A model generated the notes under the pieces. It was not told where the DNA came from and did no database searches. It saw nothing but the letters and a program-made list of their open reading frames with translations. A DNA stretch of 64,000 nucleotides from Candidatus Marinacidobacterales bacterium (GTDB lineage: Bacteria; Acidobacteriota; Vicinamibacteria; Marinacidobacterales; SMYC01): NCBI GenBank assembly GCA_965224085.1, contig CBDCYI010000011.1:1600001-1664000 (forward strand), given 5' to 3'. A program made the translations under genes and the position numbers. Positions 40,754 to 49,751 of the stretch are shown in pieces; position 1 is the first letter of the stretch, and every line of letters starts with the position of its first letter.

Positions 40754-40842
40754 ACATCCACAGCTCCTGCGGATAAGATGTGGAGAACCTGTGAATTCGT
40801 TGTTGACAACGAGAACACACAATATCTTGGGCCTGTGGATGA
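40754..40842. promoter_or_regulatory. Phased DnaA-box array
   Basis: TGTGGATAA-like 9-mers at 40768, 40779, 40790, 40801 and 40834 (11-bp register); one inverted box at 40754. Confidence 0.7.
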
Positions 40843-40889
40843 AAAAGCCACAAAAAGTAGTTGACCGCTTATTGCGGGGATGGCAGTAT
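40817..40889 (+). promoter_or_regulatory. Tandem NrdR-like boxes overlapping a sigma70 promoter
   Basis: ACACAATATCTTGGGC (40817) and CCACAAAAAGTAGTTG (40848), 31 bp apart; TTGACC(40861)-17 bp-CAGTAT. Confidence 0.65.
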
Positions 40890-40895
40890 TTTGTT

Positions 40896-41050
40896 CTCAA
40901 CGGATACCCAGACTTTGCGTTCGACGGAGGTGCGGCACTCATGAAGACGAACGGCATCCTTTGGGTATAGGGGACGGCGTCACGGCCGTTCAACTTCAAT
41001 GAGGCCCGATGGTTCCCCCCCATCGGACCGAGCTTAACTTCCTCCTCACG
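40896..41050 (+). ncRNA. Candidate structured RNA containing a 9-codon ORF (MKTNGILWV, 40941-40970)
   Basis: GGAGG SD at 40926; nested complementary segments; own promoter; boundaries inferred. Confidence 0.4.
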
Positions 41051-41086
41051 GCTTCTGTCCTGGACTTATAATGTCTCTTCAGACGC

Positions 41087-43120
41087 ATGCACGTCATCCA
41101 GCCAGCCAAAACCAAGCGCACTACCCCGTCGAGCCGGTCCGGAGCCCACGCTCTGAATGCTTCTGCCGACTCGAAAAGCCAGCTGAGAGGTAGAGCCCTC
41201 ATCTTCTGGGACCCCAAGCGGCCCGAACAAAAACTCGACGCCATCGATACCGACCAGATCACGCCTGCTACGGACTGCGTTTCGGAAAGCCTCGACTCGC
41301 TCGACGAGAAGTGGAAAATGGGCGCATTCCGTTACTTGATGCCGGATTTCCGCAAACGGGTGCACGCGGGCGAGACGTTCGTCGTCGCCGGCGCCCGTTT
41401 CGCCATCGGCTCCTCGCGCGAGATGAGCCCCGCCGGCCTCAACGCCGTTGCTGAAGAGGTCGGCCTTGAGATGGTCATCGTCTGCGGCGACAACATGGGT
41501 GACATCTTCCGACGCAACGCGTTCAATCTCGGGCTCGAAGTTGTGCAATCCCCCGAAGCCGTTGACGACGCGCGCGACGGGGACGAGCTTTCTTACGATC
41601 GCGAGACGCGTGAGCTCGTGAACATTACCCAAAAAAAGACCTACACACCGCTCCCGCTGACGGCGAAGGAAGACGAGATCCGCCGCTCCGGAGGGATCTT
41701 TGCCGTCGGCCGCCGCGAGTTCCCAGAATCGGTGCAGCGCCAACCGGTAATCGTTTGGCCCGACGAAGAGACCGCGCACGGGCTCACGACGACTGAGCAG
41801 ATCGTGTGGGCGCACCGCTTCGACAAAGACGCCAAGGTCGAGCCGGGTGAGACGTTGCGCGTCTATGCCGATCTTCTCCCTGCATCGGACGGCACCGCGC
41901 CGTTCGCGATCCATACCTTCAACCAAATCACGGGTGGCGACGCTATCTACCCGCGCCAGGCCGCCGTGGCCAATGATCATTTCGTCTTTACCGGTCGCGA
42001 TTCAGACGACAAGCAGACCTCGATCGGTCGCGCGTTCGCAAAGCTCCAAGGAATGGAGAAGCCCTATTACGCGACGCCAGGCGACGGGATCTTTCACTTC
42101 TACTTTCCCGAGCAAGGCCTAATTCTTCCCGGTCAGTTCGTTCCCGGCGCCGATTCACATAGCCGCGCCTATGGAGCCTATGGAGCGATTGGGATTGGGG
42201 TCGGCTCGACGACGCTCGGCTTCGGTTGGTCGACGGGTTACATCTATTTCACACTCGCGCGCGCGCGTCGCATCGCGTTTAAAGGCAAGCTTCAGCCTTG
42301 GGTCAGCGGGAAGGACATCGTGCTCGCGCTCCTCGCGCGTTGGGGCGCTGAGCAGTCTCAGGGCATGTCCGTCGAGTTCGTCGACGCAAACTTGGAGCTT
42401 CCTATCGCCTATCGCAACACGATCTGCAACATGATGGCGGAAGCCGAAGCGCAAAACGGTATCTTCGCGCCGGACGAGCTCACCTATGCGTGGTACCGCG
42501 ACCAAGGCGGGAGGACCGATCTCCCCTATCCGCCGATCCGTCCCGGTACTGACGCACATTACGCGATCGACGAGACGCTCGACCTCTCCGAGATCGTGCC
42601 CATGATTGCGAAACCTTATTCGCCTGGAAACGCCTTCGCCGCCGAGGACGTCGCGGGCGAGCGGCTCGCGTTCGACAAAGCCTACATCGGCTCATGCACA
42701 AACGGGAGCTATCAGGACCTCTTGCAGGCCGCGCTCGTGCTCTATATGGCGAGGCGGAACGGACGCGATCGCGCGGCGTGCGATTTCATCATCTTTCCGG
42801 GCTCGGGTGGTGTGAAACAGCAGATCGAGCGGCCCGAGCCTCGCCTCGGCGGAGAGTCGATCGCCGAGGTCTTGCGCGCTGCGGGAGGTCAGATCCGAGA
42901 CTCGTGGTGCGGCCCCTGCTTCGGCCAGGGCCCCGACGCTCTGACAGAGGGCGAAACGGCGATCACGTCGTTCAATCGGAACTGGCAAAATCGCATGGGC
43001 CTCGGCGGTCGGGGCTATCTCGCGAGCCCGGCCATCGTCGCCGCCTCGGCACTTCTCGGCTATATGGGCCCACCGAGCGAGCTCGGCCTCACGTGGAGCC
43101 CCGAAGAGTTTGGTTTGTGA
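41087..43120 (+). CDS. Aconitase/isopropylmalate-isomerase family enzyme, swivel domain first (LeuD-LeuC-like fusion)
   Basis: IDTDQITP, GSSRE, IF.RNA.N.G then DH, GIFH, DSH, GSCTNG, CGPCFG, NRN..RMG, YLASP. Confidence 0.88.
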   Translation: MHVIQPAKTKRTTPSSRSGAHALNASADSKSQLRGRALIFWDPKRPEQKLDAIDTDQITPATDCVSESLDSLDEKWKMGAFRYLMPDFRKRVHAGETFVVAGARFAIGSSREMSPAGLNAVAEEVGLEMVIVCGDNMGDIFRRNAFNLGLEVVQSPEAVDDARDGDELSYDRETRELVNITQKKTYTPLPLTAKEDEIRRSGGIFAVGRREFPESVQRQPVIVWPDEETAHGLTTTEQIVWAHRFDKDAKVEPGETLRVYADLLPASDGTAPFAIHTFNQITGGDAIYPRQAAVANDHFVFTGRDSDDKQTSIGRAFAKLQGMEKPYYATPGDGIFHFYFPEQGLILPGQFVPGADSHSRAYGAYGAIGIGVGSTTLGFGWSTGYIYFTLARARRIAFKGKLQPWVSGKDIVLALLARWGAEQSQGMSVEFVDANLELPIAYRNTICNMMAEAEAQNGIFAPDELTYAWYRDQGGRTDLPYPPIRPGTDAHYAIDETLDLSEIVPMIAKPYSPGNAFAAEDVAGERLAFDKAYIGSCTNGSYQDLLQAALVLYMARRNGRDRAACDFIIFPGSGGVKQQIERPEPRLGGESIAEVLRAAGGQIRDSWCGPCFGQGPDALTEGETAITSFNRNWQNRMGLGGRGYLASPAIVAASALLGYMGPPSELGLTWSPEEFGL

Positions 43121-44766
43121 TGTCGAGCTCTTTCGTACCTCGTAACTACCAACCGTCGCTCCCAGCGGACGAGCTGATCCGCGAGGAGAAGCCTGGTGAT
43201 GAAGCCGTCCCGATGGATGTGGTCTTCGTCGGCGGCGGGCCCGCGGGTCTCGCCGGCGCCATCGAGCTCGCGAAGCTCGTTAGCAAAGATGGAGAACTCG
43301 GTGAAATCGAGATCGGCGTTCTCGAGAAGTCGGAAGAGCTAGGACAGCATTGCCTCTCCGGAGCGGTCGTGAACCCTATCGCCTTCCGAGATCTCTTTCC
43401 CGATCTTTCCGACAGCGACTTCCCGTTTCGCGCGAGAGTGCACGACGAGCGCGTCTATTTCGTGACGGAACGCAGCTCCATGCGCCTCCCAACCCCGCCG
43501 ACGATGCGAAACGAAGGCAACTTCGTCGCATCGATCTCGGAGTTCGTGCGCTGGCTCGGCGAAAAGGCCGAGGGGCTCGGCGTCAATTTGTTCACCGGCT
43601 TTCCCGCGGACGCGCTCCTCGTGGAAGGCTCGCGCGTCACGGGCGTACGGACGACGCCCGGCGGTTTGACAAAAGACGGCAAGCCCGGCGGCAACTACAT
43701 GCCGCCCACCGACGTGACCGCGCAAGTCACTGTGCTCTCCGAAGGCACGCGCGGACCACTCACCCAAGCCTATCTGGGCTGGCAGAGGATCGCGTCACCG
43801 AACCCGCAGATATACGCGCTCGGGGTGAAAGAGCTCTGGGAAACGAAGCGCCCCCTCGACGCGGTCATCCACACGCTCGGTTGGCCGCTCCCACGCGACG
43901 CGTTCGGCGGGAGTTTCTTCTACCCGTTCACCAAAAACCTTGCCGCCATCGGCCTCGTCATCGGCCTCGACTACAAAGAGTCCTCGCTCGACGTGCACGC
44001 CCTCTTGCAGGACATGAAGCAGCACCCCCTCTTCCGTCCCTACCTCGAAGGCGGCGAAATGCTCGAGTGGGGCGCAAAAACGATCCCGGAGGGCGGTTAC
44101 TATTCGCTCCCCGAACGGCTTCACGGAGACGGGCTCGTCATGGTCGGCGACGCGGTCGGCTTCGTCGACGTGCCCTCTCTCAAAGGCGTCCACTACGCGA
44201 TGAAGTCAGGCATGCTCGCCGCGCGCACGATCTACGAGGCGCTCAAGAAAGGCGACACAAAAGCCGCGACGCTCGCGAGCTACGACCAAGCCGTTCACGC
44301 GAGCTTCATCCGCAAGGATCTTCACCGCACGCGCAACATGCGGCTCGGTTTCAAATCAGGCTTTTACGTCGGCGGCTTCAAAGCCGGCCTCATGACGGTG
44401 ACAGGCGGCGCCGCGTTCGGTTCGAAGATCGACGTCGAAGAGGACGCCGCCGATCGCAAGACGGTCACAGAGTCGAAAGAGCTCAAACCCGACGGCTCGC
44501 TGACGTTCAGCAAGCTCGACGCGGTATTCCGCTCCGGCAACAATACTCGCGACGACATGCCGTCCCACCTCACGGTGTCTAGCGATATCCCGCCCGAAGT
44601 CGCGCGCTTCTACGAGCACATATGCCCCGCCGCCGTCTACGAGCGGCAAGGTGACGAGCTCGTCGTCAATTTTTCCAATTGCGTCGATTGCAAGACGACC
44701 GACGTGCTCGGACCCCGGTGGCGCCCGCGCGAGGGTGGAGCGGGGACTAAATATAAGAGGATGTGA
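43120..44766 (+). CDS. Electron transfer flavoprotein-quinone oxidoreductase
   Basis: GGGPAG, LSGAV, GVKELW, AKTIPEGG, KGVHYAMKSG, C-terminal Fe-S region. Confidence 0.9.
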   Translation: MSSSFVPRNYQPSLPADELIREEKPGDEAVPMDVVFVGGGPAGLAGAIELAKLVSKDGELGEIEIGVLEKSEELGQHCLSGAVVNPIAFRDLFPDLSDSDFPFRARVHDERVYFVTERSSMRLPTPPTMRNEGNFVASISEFVRWLGEKAEGLGVNLFTGFPADALLVEGSRVTGVRTTPGGLTKDGKPGGNYMPPTDVTAQVTVLSEGTRGPLTQAYLGWQRIASPNPQIYALGVKELWETKRPLDAVIHTLGWPLPRDAFGGSFFYPFTKNLAAIGLVIGLDYKESSLDVHALLQDMKQHPLFRPYLEGGEMLEWGAKTIPEGGYYSLPERLHGDGLVMVGDAVGFVDVPSLKGVHYAMKSGMLAARTIYEALKKGDTKAATLASYDQAVHASFIRKDLHRTRNMRLGFKSGFYVGGFKAGLMTVTGGAAFGSKIDVEEDAADRKTVTESKELKPDGSLTFSKLDAVFRSGNNTRDDMPSHLTVSSDIPPEVARFYEHICPAAVYERQGDELVVNFSNCVDCKTTDVLGPRWRPREGGAGTKYKRM

Positions 44767-45155
44767 TTTTGGTAGCGATTAGCAATCGGCATTCAGCACT
44801 CACGGGCTTGCTTTCAGGCATTGCCGTCCTTTTGGGGGTTGTGCTCGTTGGGACGGGCTCGGGTCAAGAAGGCGAGTTGGGGTGGCCCCGGGAGATTGAT
44901 GATCCTCGCGCTCGGATTCTCATCTATCAGCCTCAAGTCGATTCACTCGTTCAGAACGATTTGAAGGCGCGGGCGGCGCTTTCGGTCACGACTCCGGGCT
45001 CGGAGCAGCCGGTTTTCGGCGCGGCTTGGATCGAGTCTCGGATATCGACGGACCGCGACGATCGGACGGTGACGATACTCGAGACCAAAGTGCCGCGCGT
45101 GCGGTTTCCCGACGCGACGCAACAGCAGCAGGAGGCGCTCGCCGCAATCCTGGTG
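44763..45155 (+). pseudogene. 5' fragment of a larger secreted protein, apparently truncated
   Basis: Signal peptide, GWPRE..IYQPQVD..PVFGA; runs into the promoter of the next gene. Confidence 0.5.
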
Positions 45156-45195
45156 GAAAATATCTCGAACCAAGACACCATGGTAAAATTGATGG

Positions 45196-45435
45196 GTGAT
45201 CGAGAGCGGGATTGAGACGTTCGTCTCACGCGAGTGGGACGCTGCGCGGAAAGCGAAAGACGAGTATTGGGCCGAGCGCATCGCACGTCTCGGGCCGGTC
45301 GAAAGCTTTCGAATCTCGGAAGAGCTGCGGCAACAGGCCATGCTCCAACATCCGGGATGGCCGCATCCGTCGGATCGTAGCGAGGACATACTCGCTCACC
45401 AGCGGCTCGCTGAGCTCCTGCGCCGTGCCGGTTGA
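45196..45435 (+). CDS. Small protein, putative partner/antitoxin of the nucleotidyltransferase
   Basis: 79 aa, overlaps next gene; TAAAAT 6 nt before GTG. Confidence 0.65.
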   Translation: MIESGIETFVSREWDAARKAKDEYWAERIARLGPVESFRISEELRQQAMLQHPGWPHPSDRSEDILAHQRLAELLRRAG

Positions 45436-45988
45436 GCCCGCTGCCATAGAGTTGTTAGCGGACCTGTCGAAGGTCCTAGCCAATTGGGGTCGCTGGTACG
45501 TTTTCGGCGCCCAGGCTGTTACCGCCTACGGCGTCCCGAGATTGAGCGCAGACGTAGACGTTACCATCTGGCTAGTTCCCCAAGAGCCGGAGCGGTTCGC
45601 GAGCGACATGAAGGCAGCGGGATTCGCCCTCCGTGTCGAGGATCCCGACTTCGTACGTCGCACCAGCGTGATGCCGTTCGTTCACCTCGCTACCGCCATG
45701 CCCGTCGACGTCGTGCTTGCGGCGTCGGGCCTCGAGGACGAGTTTCTCAATCGAGCAAAGGAGATGGATTTCGGCGGTACCCGCGTACCCATAATCGACA
45801 TGGAGGACTTGGTGATCGCAAAGGTGCTAGCGGGCCGTCCCAAGGATCTCGAGGACGCGCGAAACCTCTGGCGGATTCATGGACAAGAGCTGGATACAGA
45901 GCGAATCCGCCGTACGTTGCGACTTCTCGAAGAAGCGTTGAGCCAAAACGATCTCGTTCCCACCTTTGAATCGATCCAGCAAAGCTAG
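45425..45988 (+). CDS. Nucleotidyltransferase (AbiEii/DUF6036-like)
   Basis: FGAQAV..YG.PR.SADVD, EDLVIAK..AGRPKDLED. Confidence 0.8.
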   Translation: MPVEPAAIELLADLSKVLANWGRWYVFGAQAVTAYGVPRLSADVDVTIWLVPQEPERFASDMKAAGFALRVEDPDFVRRTSVMPFVHLATAMPVDVVLAASGLEDEFLNRAKEMDFGGTRVPIIDMEDLVIAKVLAGRPKDLEDARNLWRIHGQELDTERIRRTLRLLEEALSQNDLVPTFESIQQS

Positions 45989-45989
45989 A

Positions 45990-46420
45990 GTGCCGCGAGT
46001 AACCGTCGTGAGTTATTCCGTCCGAACGGCGCGCTTCAACCGCGCTCGCACGACTCAGACTTACGAAATCACTCGAGGGAGTGAAGAGCTCCTCCGAGCT
46101 CCAGACGCGTCGATCCCCAAAATGTTGCGCCCCGACTTTCTCGAACTCCTCTTCCGACATAAGATGCTCGCCTTGCTCCGCGCCCACGGGCTCATTTCCC
46201 AACAGCGCATCGACCTGTTTTGGCGTCCATAACCGAACCACCGTTTACCCCTCCGACTCCGAGGGCCTGCACAAGTTGGCCTGCAACCTCATGCGGGCGC
46301 CGGTCAACCTTTCCCGACTGAGATTCGACCGCAGCTCCGGACTCATCGTCTACGAGCCCAAAGCTGGACACGGCGTCGACCTAGCCGAGCTCACCGACCC
46401 GCTCGAGTTTCTCGCCCCCG
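45990..46420 (+). pseudogene. IS91-family transposase relic
   Basis: Frameshifted FRHKMLALL..G.I, then VH..LA...RAPVNLSRL..DPLEFLA. Confidence 0.65.
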
Positions 46421-46526
46421 AAGGGCGTAGGCGGATGAACCTATCGCCCCCTTCCGCAGTACTACCCAGTGACATGGATGAAGCGACTAAAACTTGCCCT
46501 TTTTGCGCCGAGCCAGCGAGGACGGC

Positions 46527-46850
46527 ATGAGCACAAAGACTTGCCCATACTGCGCGGAAGAGATTAAGGAAGCCGCGATCAAGTGCCGCTACTGCGGCAG
46601 CATGCTCGGGCCGCGCAAGGCCGCGGGCGAGTGGTATCGGGATCTCGAGAACAAGATTCTCGGAGGGGTCTGCGCCGGCCTGGAAGCTCAGTTCGGCTTG
46701 TCAGTGACCGCGCTTCGGATAGCCTTTGTGATCGGCGCGTTTATCGGGGGTTGGGGGCTTCTCATCTATTTGGCGCTCTGGGTGATCATGCCGGCGGCCA
46801 AAAGAGACGAACCGCCGAGCAAGCCTGTGCCCGAGCTTCCGAAAGAGTAG
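46527..46850 (+). CDS. Zinc-ribbon + PspC domain protein
   Basis: CPYCAEEI..AAIKCRYCG; YR...KILGGVCAG..YLALWVIMP. Confidence 0.88.
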   Translation: MSTKTCPYCAEEIKEAAIKCRYCGSMLGPRKAAGEWYRDLENKILGGVCAGLEAQFGLSVTALRIAFVIGAFIGGWGLLIYLALWVIMPAAKRDEPPSKPVPELPKE

Positions 46851-46956
46851 CTCGCCCCGCGCTCACCTCCCCACGTCGCACGGAAACTCTCTGGTATAAG
46901 CGGCACCGTTGCGATATCGTGCTGCGAGGAAAACTGACTGCTTCAGGGAGTTGCGC

Positions 46957-48510
46957 ATGCCTGTCGTCGGTGAAAATTGGAATCAATTCAAGCTTCTCGA
47001 ACCACTCGGCAAGGGGGGGATGGGCCGCGTCTTCCTTGCAGAAGACACCGCGCTGAACCGAAAAGTGGCGCTCAAGTTCCTGCCCGAGTCGCTGGAGGAG
47101 GATCCGGAGGCGCGCGAGCGCTTCTTGACGGAAGCCAAATCGGTGGCCGCTCTCGATCATCCGTATATCTGCAAGATCTACGAAATCGGCGAAGTCAATG
47201 GCAGAGCGTTCTTCGCGATGGAGTACATCGAAGGCGTCACACTCGCGGAGAAGCTCTTGGCAGGACCTCTACGTGTCCCCCACATTCTCGAGCTCGGTGT
47301 CGAGCTCACCGATGCCTTGGAGGCCGCTCACAAAAAGGGCATCGTGCATCGGGACATCAAGACGTCGAATATCATCGTGACACCCGATGGCCACGTCAAA
47401 ATTCTCGATTTCGGCGTCGCCAAGAGAGTCGCGATGGATGAGCTATCGAGCAGTAAAGTCGATACGTATTCGGGCCGCCTCTCATCGAGCAGCGGAACAC
47501 CGGGCACGGTCATCTACATGTCGCCAGAACAGGTTCGGGGCGAGGCCGTCGACGGGCGCACCGACATCTTCTCTCTAGGCATCGTGCTTTATGAAATGGC
47601 AACGGGCACCATCCCCTATCAGGGAGCGACGTCCGGACTCATCTACGACGCGATCTTGAACCTCGGAGCCCACCACGAACCTACAACCCCAATCTGCCCG
47701 AAGGTCTCGAGCGCCTCATCCTGAAGTCTCTCGAAAAAAATAGAGACCACCGGTTCCAGTCCGCCAAAGACTTGATGGTGGAGCTCAAGCAGATGAAGCG
47801 CGACACCGATAGCGGCGCCGGGATCCCGACCGTCGTCGTCCCCGAGGAAGCCGCGACATCAGGGAACAAGGCCTTGCTCTGGGCGCTTTTCGGCCTCGCT
47901 CTGCTTCTCGTGATCGGCCTCGCGATTTTCCGGGCGTTCTCGGGCACCCCGACGGGCATGATCGGCTCCCTCGCGGTTCTGCCTTTCGAGAACACGCAGA
48001 ACGATCCCGAGATCGACTACCTCGGGGACGGTATCGCCGAGACCCTCATCAATCGTCTTTCACCGCTTCCTCAGCTCGCGGTCATGGCGCGCAGCACCGC
48101 GTTCCGCTACCGCGAGAGCAACGTCGACCCTCGAGCAGTCGGGCGTGAGCTCGGTGTCGGTGCGGTGCTCACGGGACGCATCGTGCGCCAGGGCGAGAAC
48201 TTGAACGTTCAAGCCGAGCTCGTCGATGTCGCCAACGGCACACAAATCTGGGGTGAACAGTACAACCGTGCTTTCGCGGACATCGTGACCGTCCAGAACG
48301 AGATCGCGCGGCAGATCTCGCAGGCGCTGCGACTCGAGCTCGCCGAAGAGGAAGCGGCCCGGATCGCGGTGCCCCTAACCGCGGACAGCGAAGCGTACCA
48401 AGCCTACTGGCGGGGCCGCTTTCATTGGAATCGCCGCACGGTCGCGGATCTCGAGAAAGCCATCGAGCTCTTCGAGGAGGCGAAAGCGGCCGATCCCGAA
48501 TTCGCGCTGG
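46957..48510 (+). pseudogene. Ser/Thr kinase-TolB-TPR gene, frameshifted (~47670) and 3'-truncated
   Basis: GKGGMG, HRDIK, DFG, YMSPE; resumes NPNLPEGLERLI in another frame; SLAVLPFEN; stops at DPEFAL. Confidence 0.8.
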
Positions 48511-48885
48511 AAGCCTGCCCCGGTGTGGGCCTGTGGTTACGCTCGAATTTCTGCCACCTTTTGTCTCCGCGTAGGAAGCCGACCACGCCCTTCCAGCGAG
48601 CCAAAAAAATCAGCGGGCGGTAGAACAAGTATTCCAGAGCTCCAAGCGTGATGAAACTCAAGTGCGCGCGCCGGCGATAGCGGTACGATGCCACAACTCC
48701 GGTTGTGAGTCGATGGCGAGTAGACTCGTGACGGCGACGACCGAGGCCAGGTTCTTCAGCGCCAGTCGCATCGACTGGAGCAGCGCCTTCGAGTCGTACA
48801 TGCTGTCGGCGTCGACGCAGCAAAGGTAGCGATAGCGCGCGAAATTGACGGCACAGTTCAGGGACAAGAGAGCGAGCTCGCGTGA
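48511..48885 (-). pseudogene. Glycosyltransferase family 2 relic
   Basis: LNCAVNFARYRYLCCVDADS and YRPLIFLARWKGVVGFLRGDKRW in different frames. Confidence 0.65.
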
Positions 48886-48960
48886 TCCGTGTCGCGAGCC
48901 ACACGGCCATCGTACAAGCTTTCGCCAAGCGCCCAGAGAGGAAGAGTATACTAGCCACCC

Positions 48961-49748
48961 GTGACCAAACGATTGTTCGTGGCGTGGTTGCTCCTGGGAG
49001 GGTGCCGCGTAGTCCCTTCCGAAGAACATCCGCCGCCGCCATCGTCGACGACGAGCTACGTGTTTCAAATGAAGACGATCGAGCAAACGCTCGACGGATG
49101 CATCGCGGGCGCGGAAGACTGCACTTATTTACGGCTCGACTTTCCCATGGTCACCGACGCCGTCGACGGCGTTGCCGTCGACGCGATCACGAATGCCGTC
49201 CACGGGTTCATCACCGAGCCGCTCCAGCCCGACGGCGCGGGCATCACGGCCAAAGAGCTCATCGACGAATTCTTTGCAAGCTACGCGGAGCTGCGGCGAG
49301 CTGTGGCGGACTACCAGCTCCCTTGGTTTCTCGAACGCAAAGCCTTCGTCGTGAACAACGCGCCCGATATTTGTGCCTCAGTTTCGCGTCACGCTCGTTC
49401 ATGGGCGGAGCCCACGGGAACACCACGATCAGGTTCGAGAACTTCAACCCGCGGACGGGCGAGCGCGTCGAGCTTGCGGATTTGTTCGTGAGCGGCTACG
49501 AAGCGAAGCTCCTCCCGCTAGCCCAGGACCGTTTCCGCGAAGTGCGCGCGATCGAAGAGGGCGTTACCCTCGCCGATGCAGGTTTCAGCTTTTCCGAGAA
49601 CGTAGCCTTCACCCTTTCCGACAACTTCGCGGTCGAGAAAGACGGTCTCACGTTCTACTACAACCCTTATGAGGTCGCCCCTTACGCGTTGGGCGCCACC
49701 GAGTTGACGTTGAGCTACGAAGAGCTCGACGGTCTCCTGAAGGAGTGA
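48961..49748 (+). CDS. DUF4163/DUF3298 (RsiV/PdaC-like) lipoprotein, frameshift ~49370
   Basis: Lipobox LGGC; GGAHG, YNPYEVAPYALG; adding one T at ATTTG restores the frame. Confidence 0.8.
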
Positions 49749-49751
49749 GCC

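Noticed and set aside
40993-41030. Single sequence resembling a type I-G CRISPR repeat (reverse strand hairpin ending GGCCTCATTGAAG)
   Set aside because: Only one copy, no spacers and no cas genes in the window; the same bases are explained as one arm of the local RNA stem. A solitary repeat unit cannot be excluded without the genome's CRISPR repeats.
40941-41030. MKTNGILWV*...RWFPPI as a decayed DnaA N-terminus
   Set aside because: Similarity is limited to two Trp-containing words with the wrong spacing.
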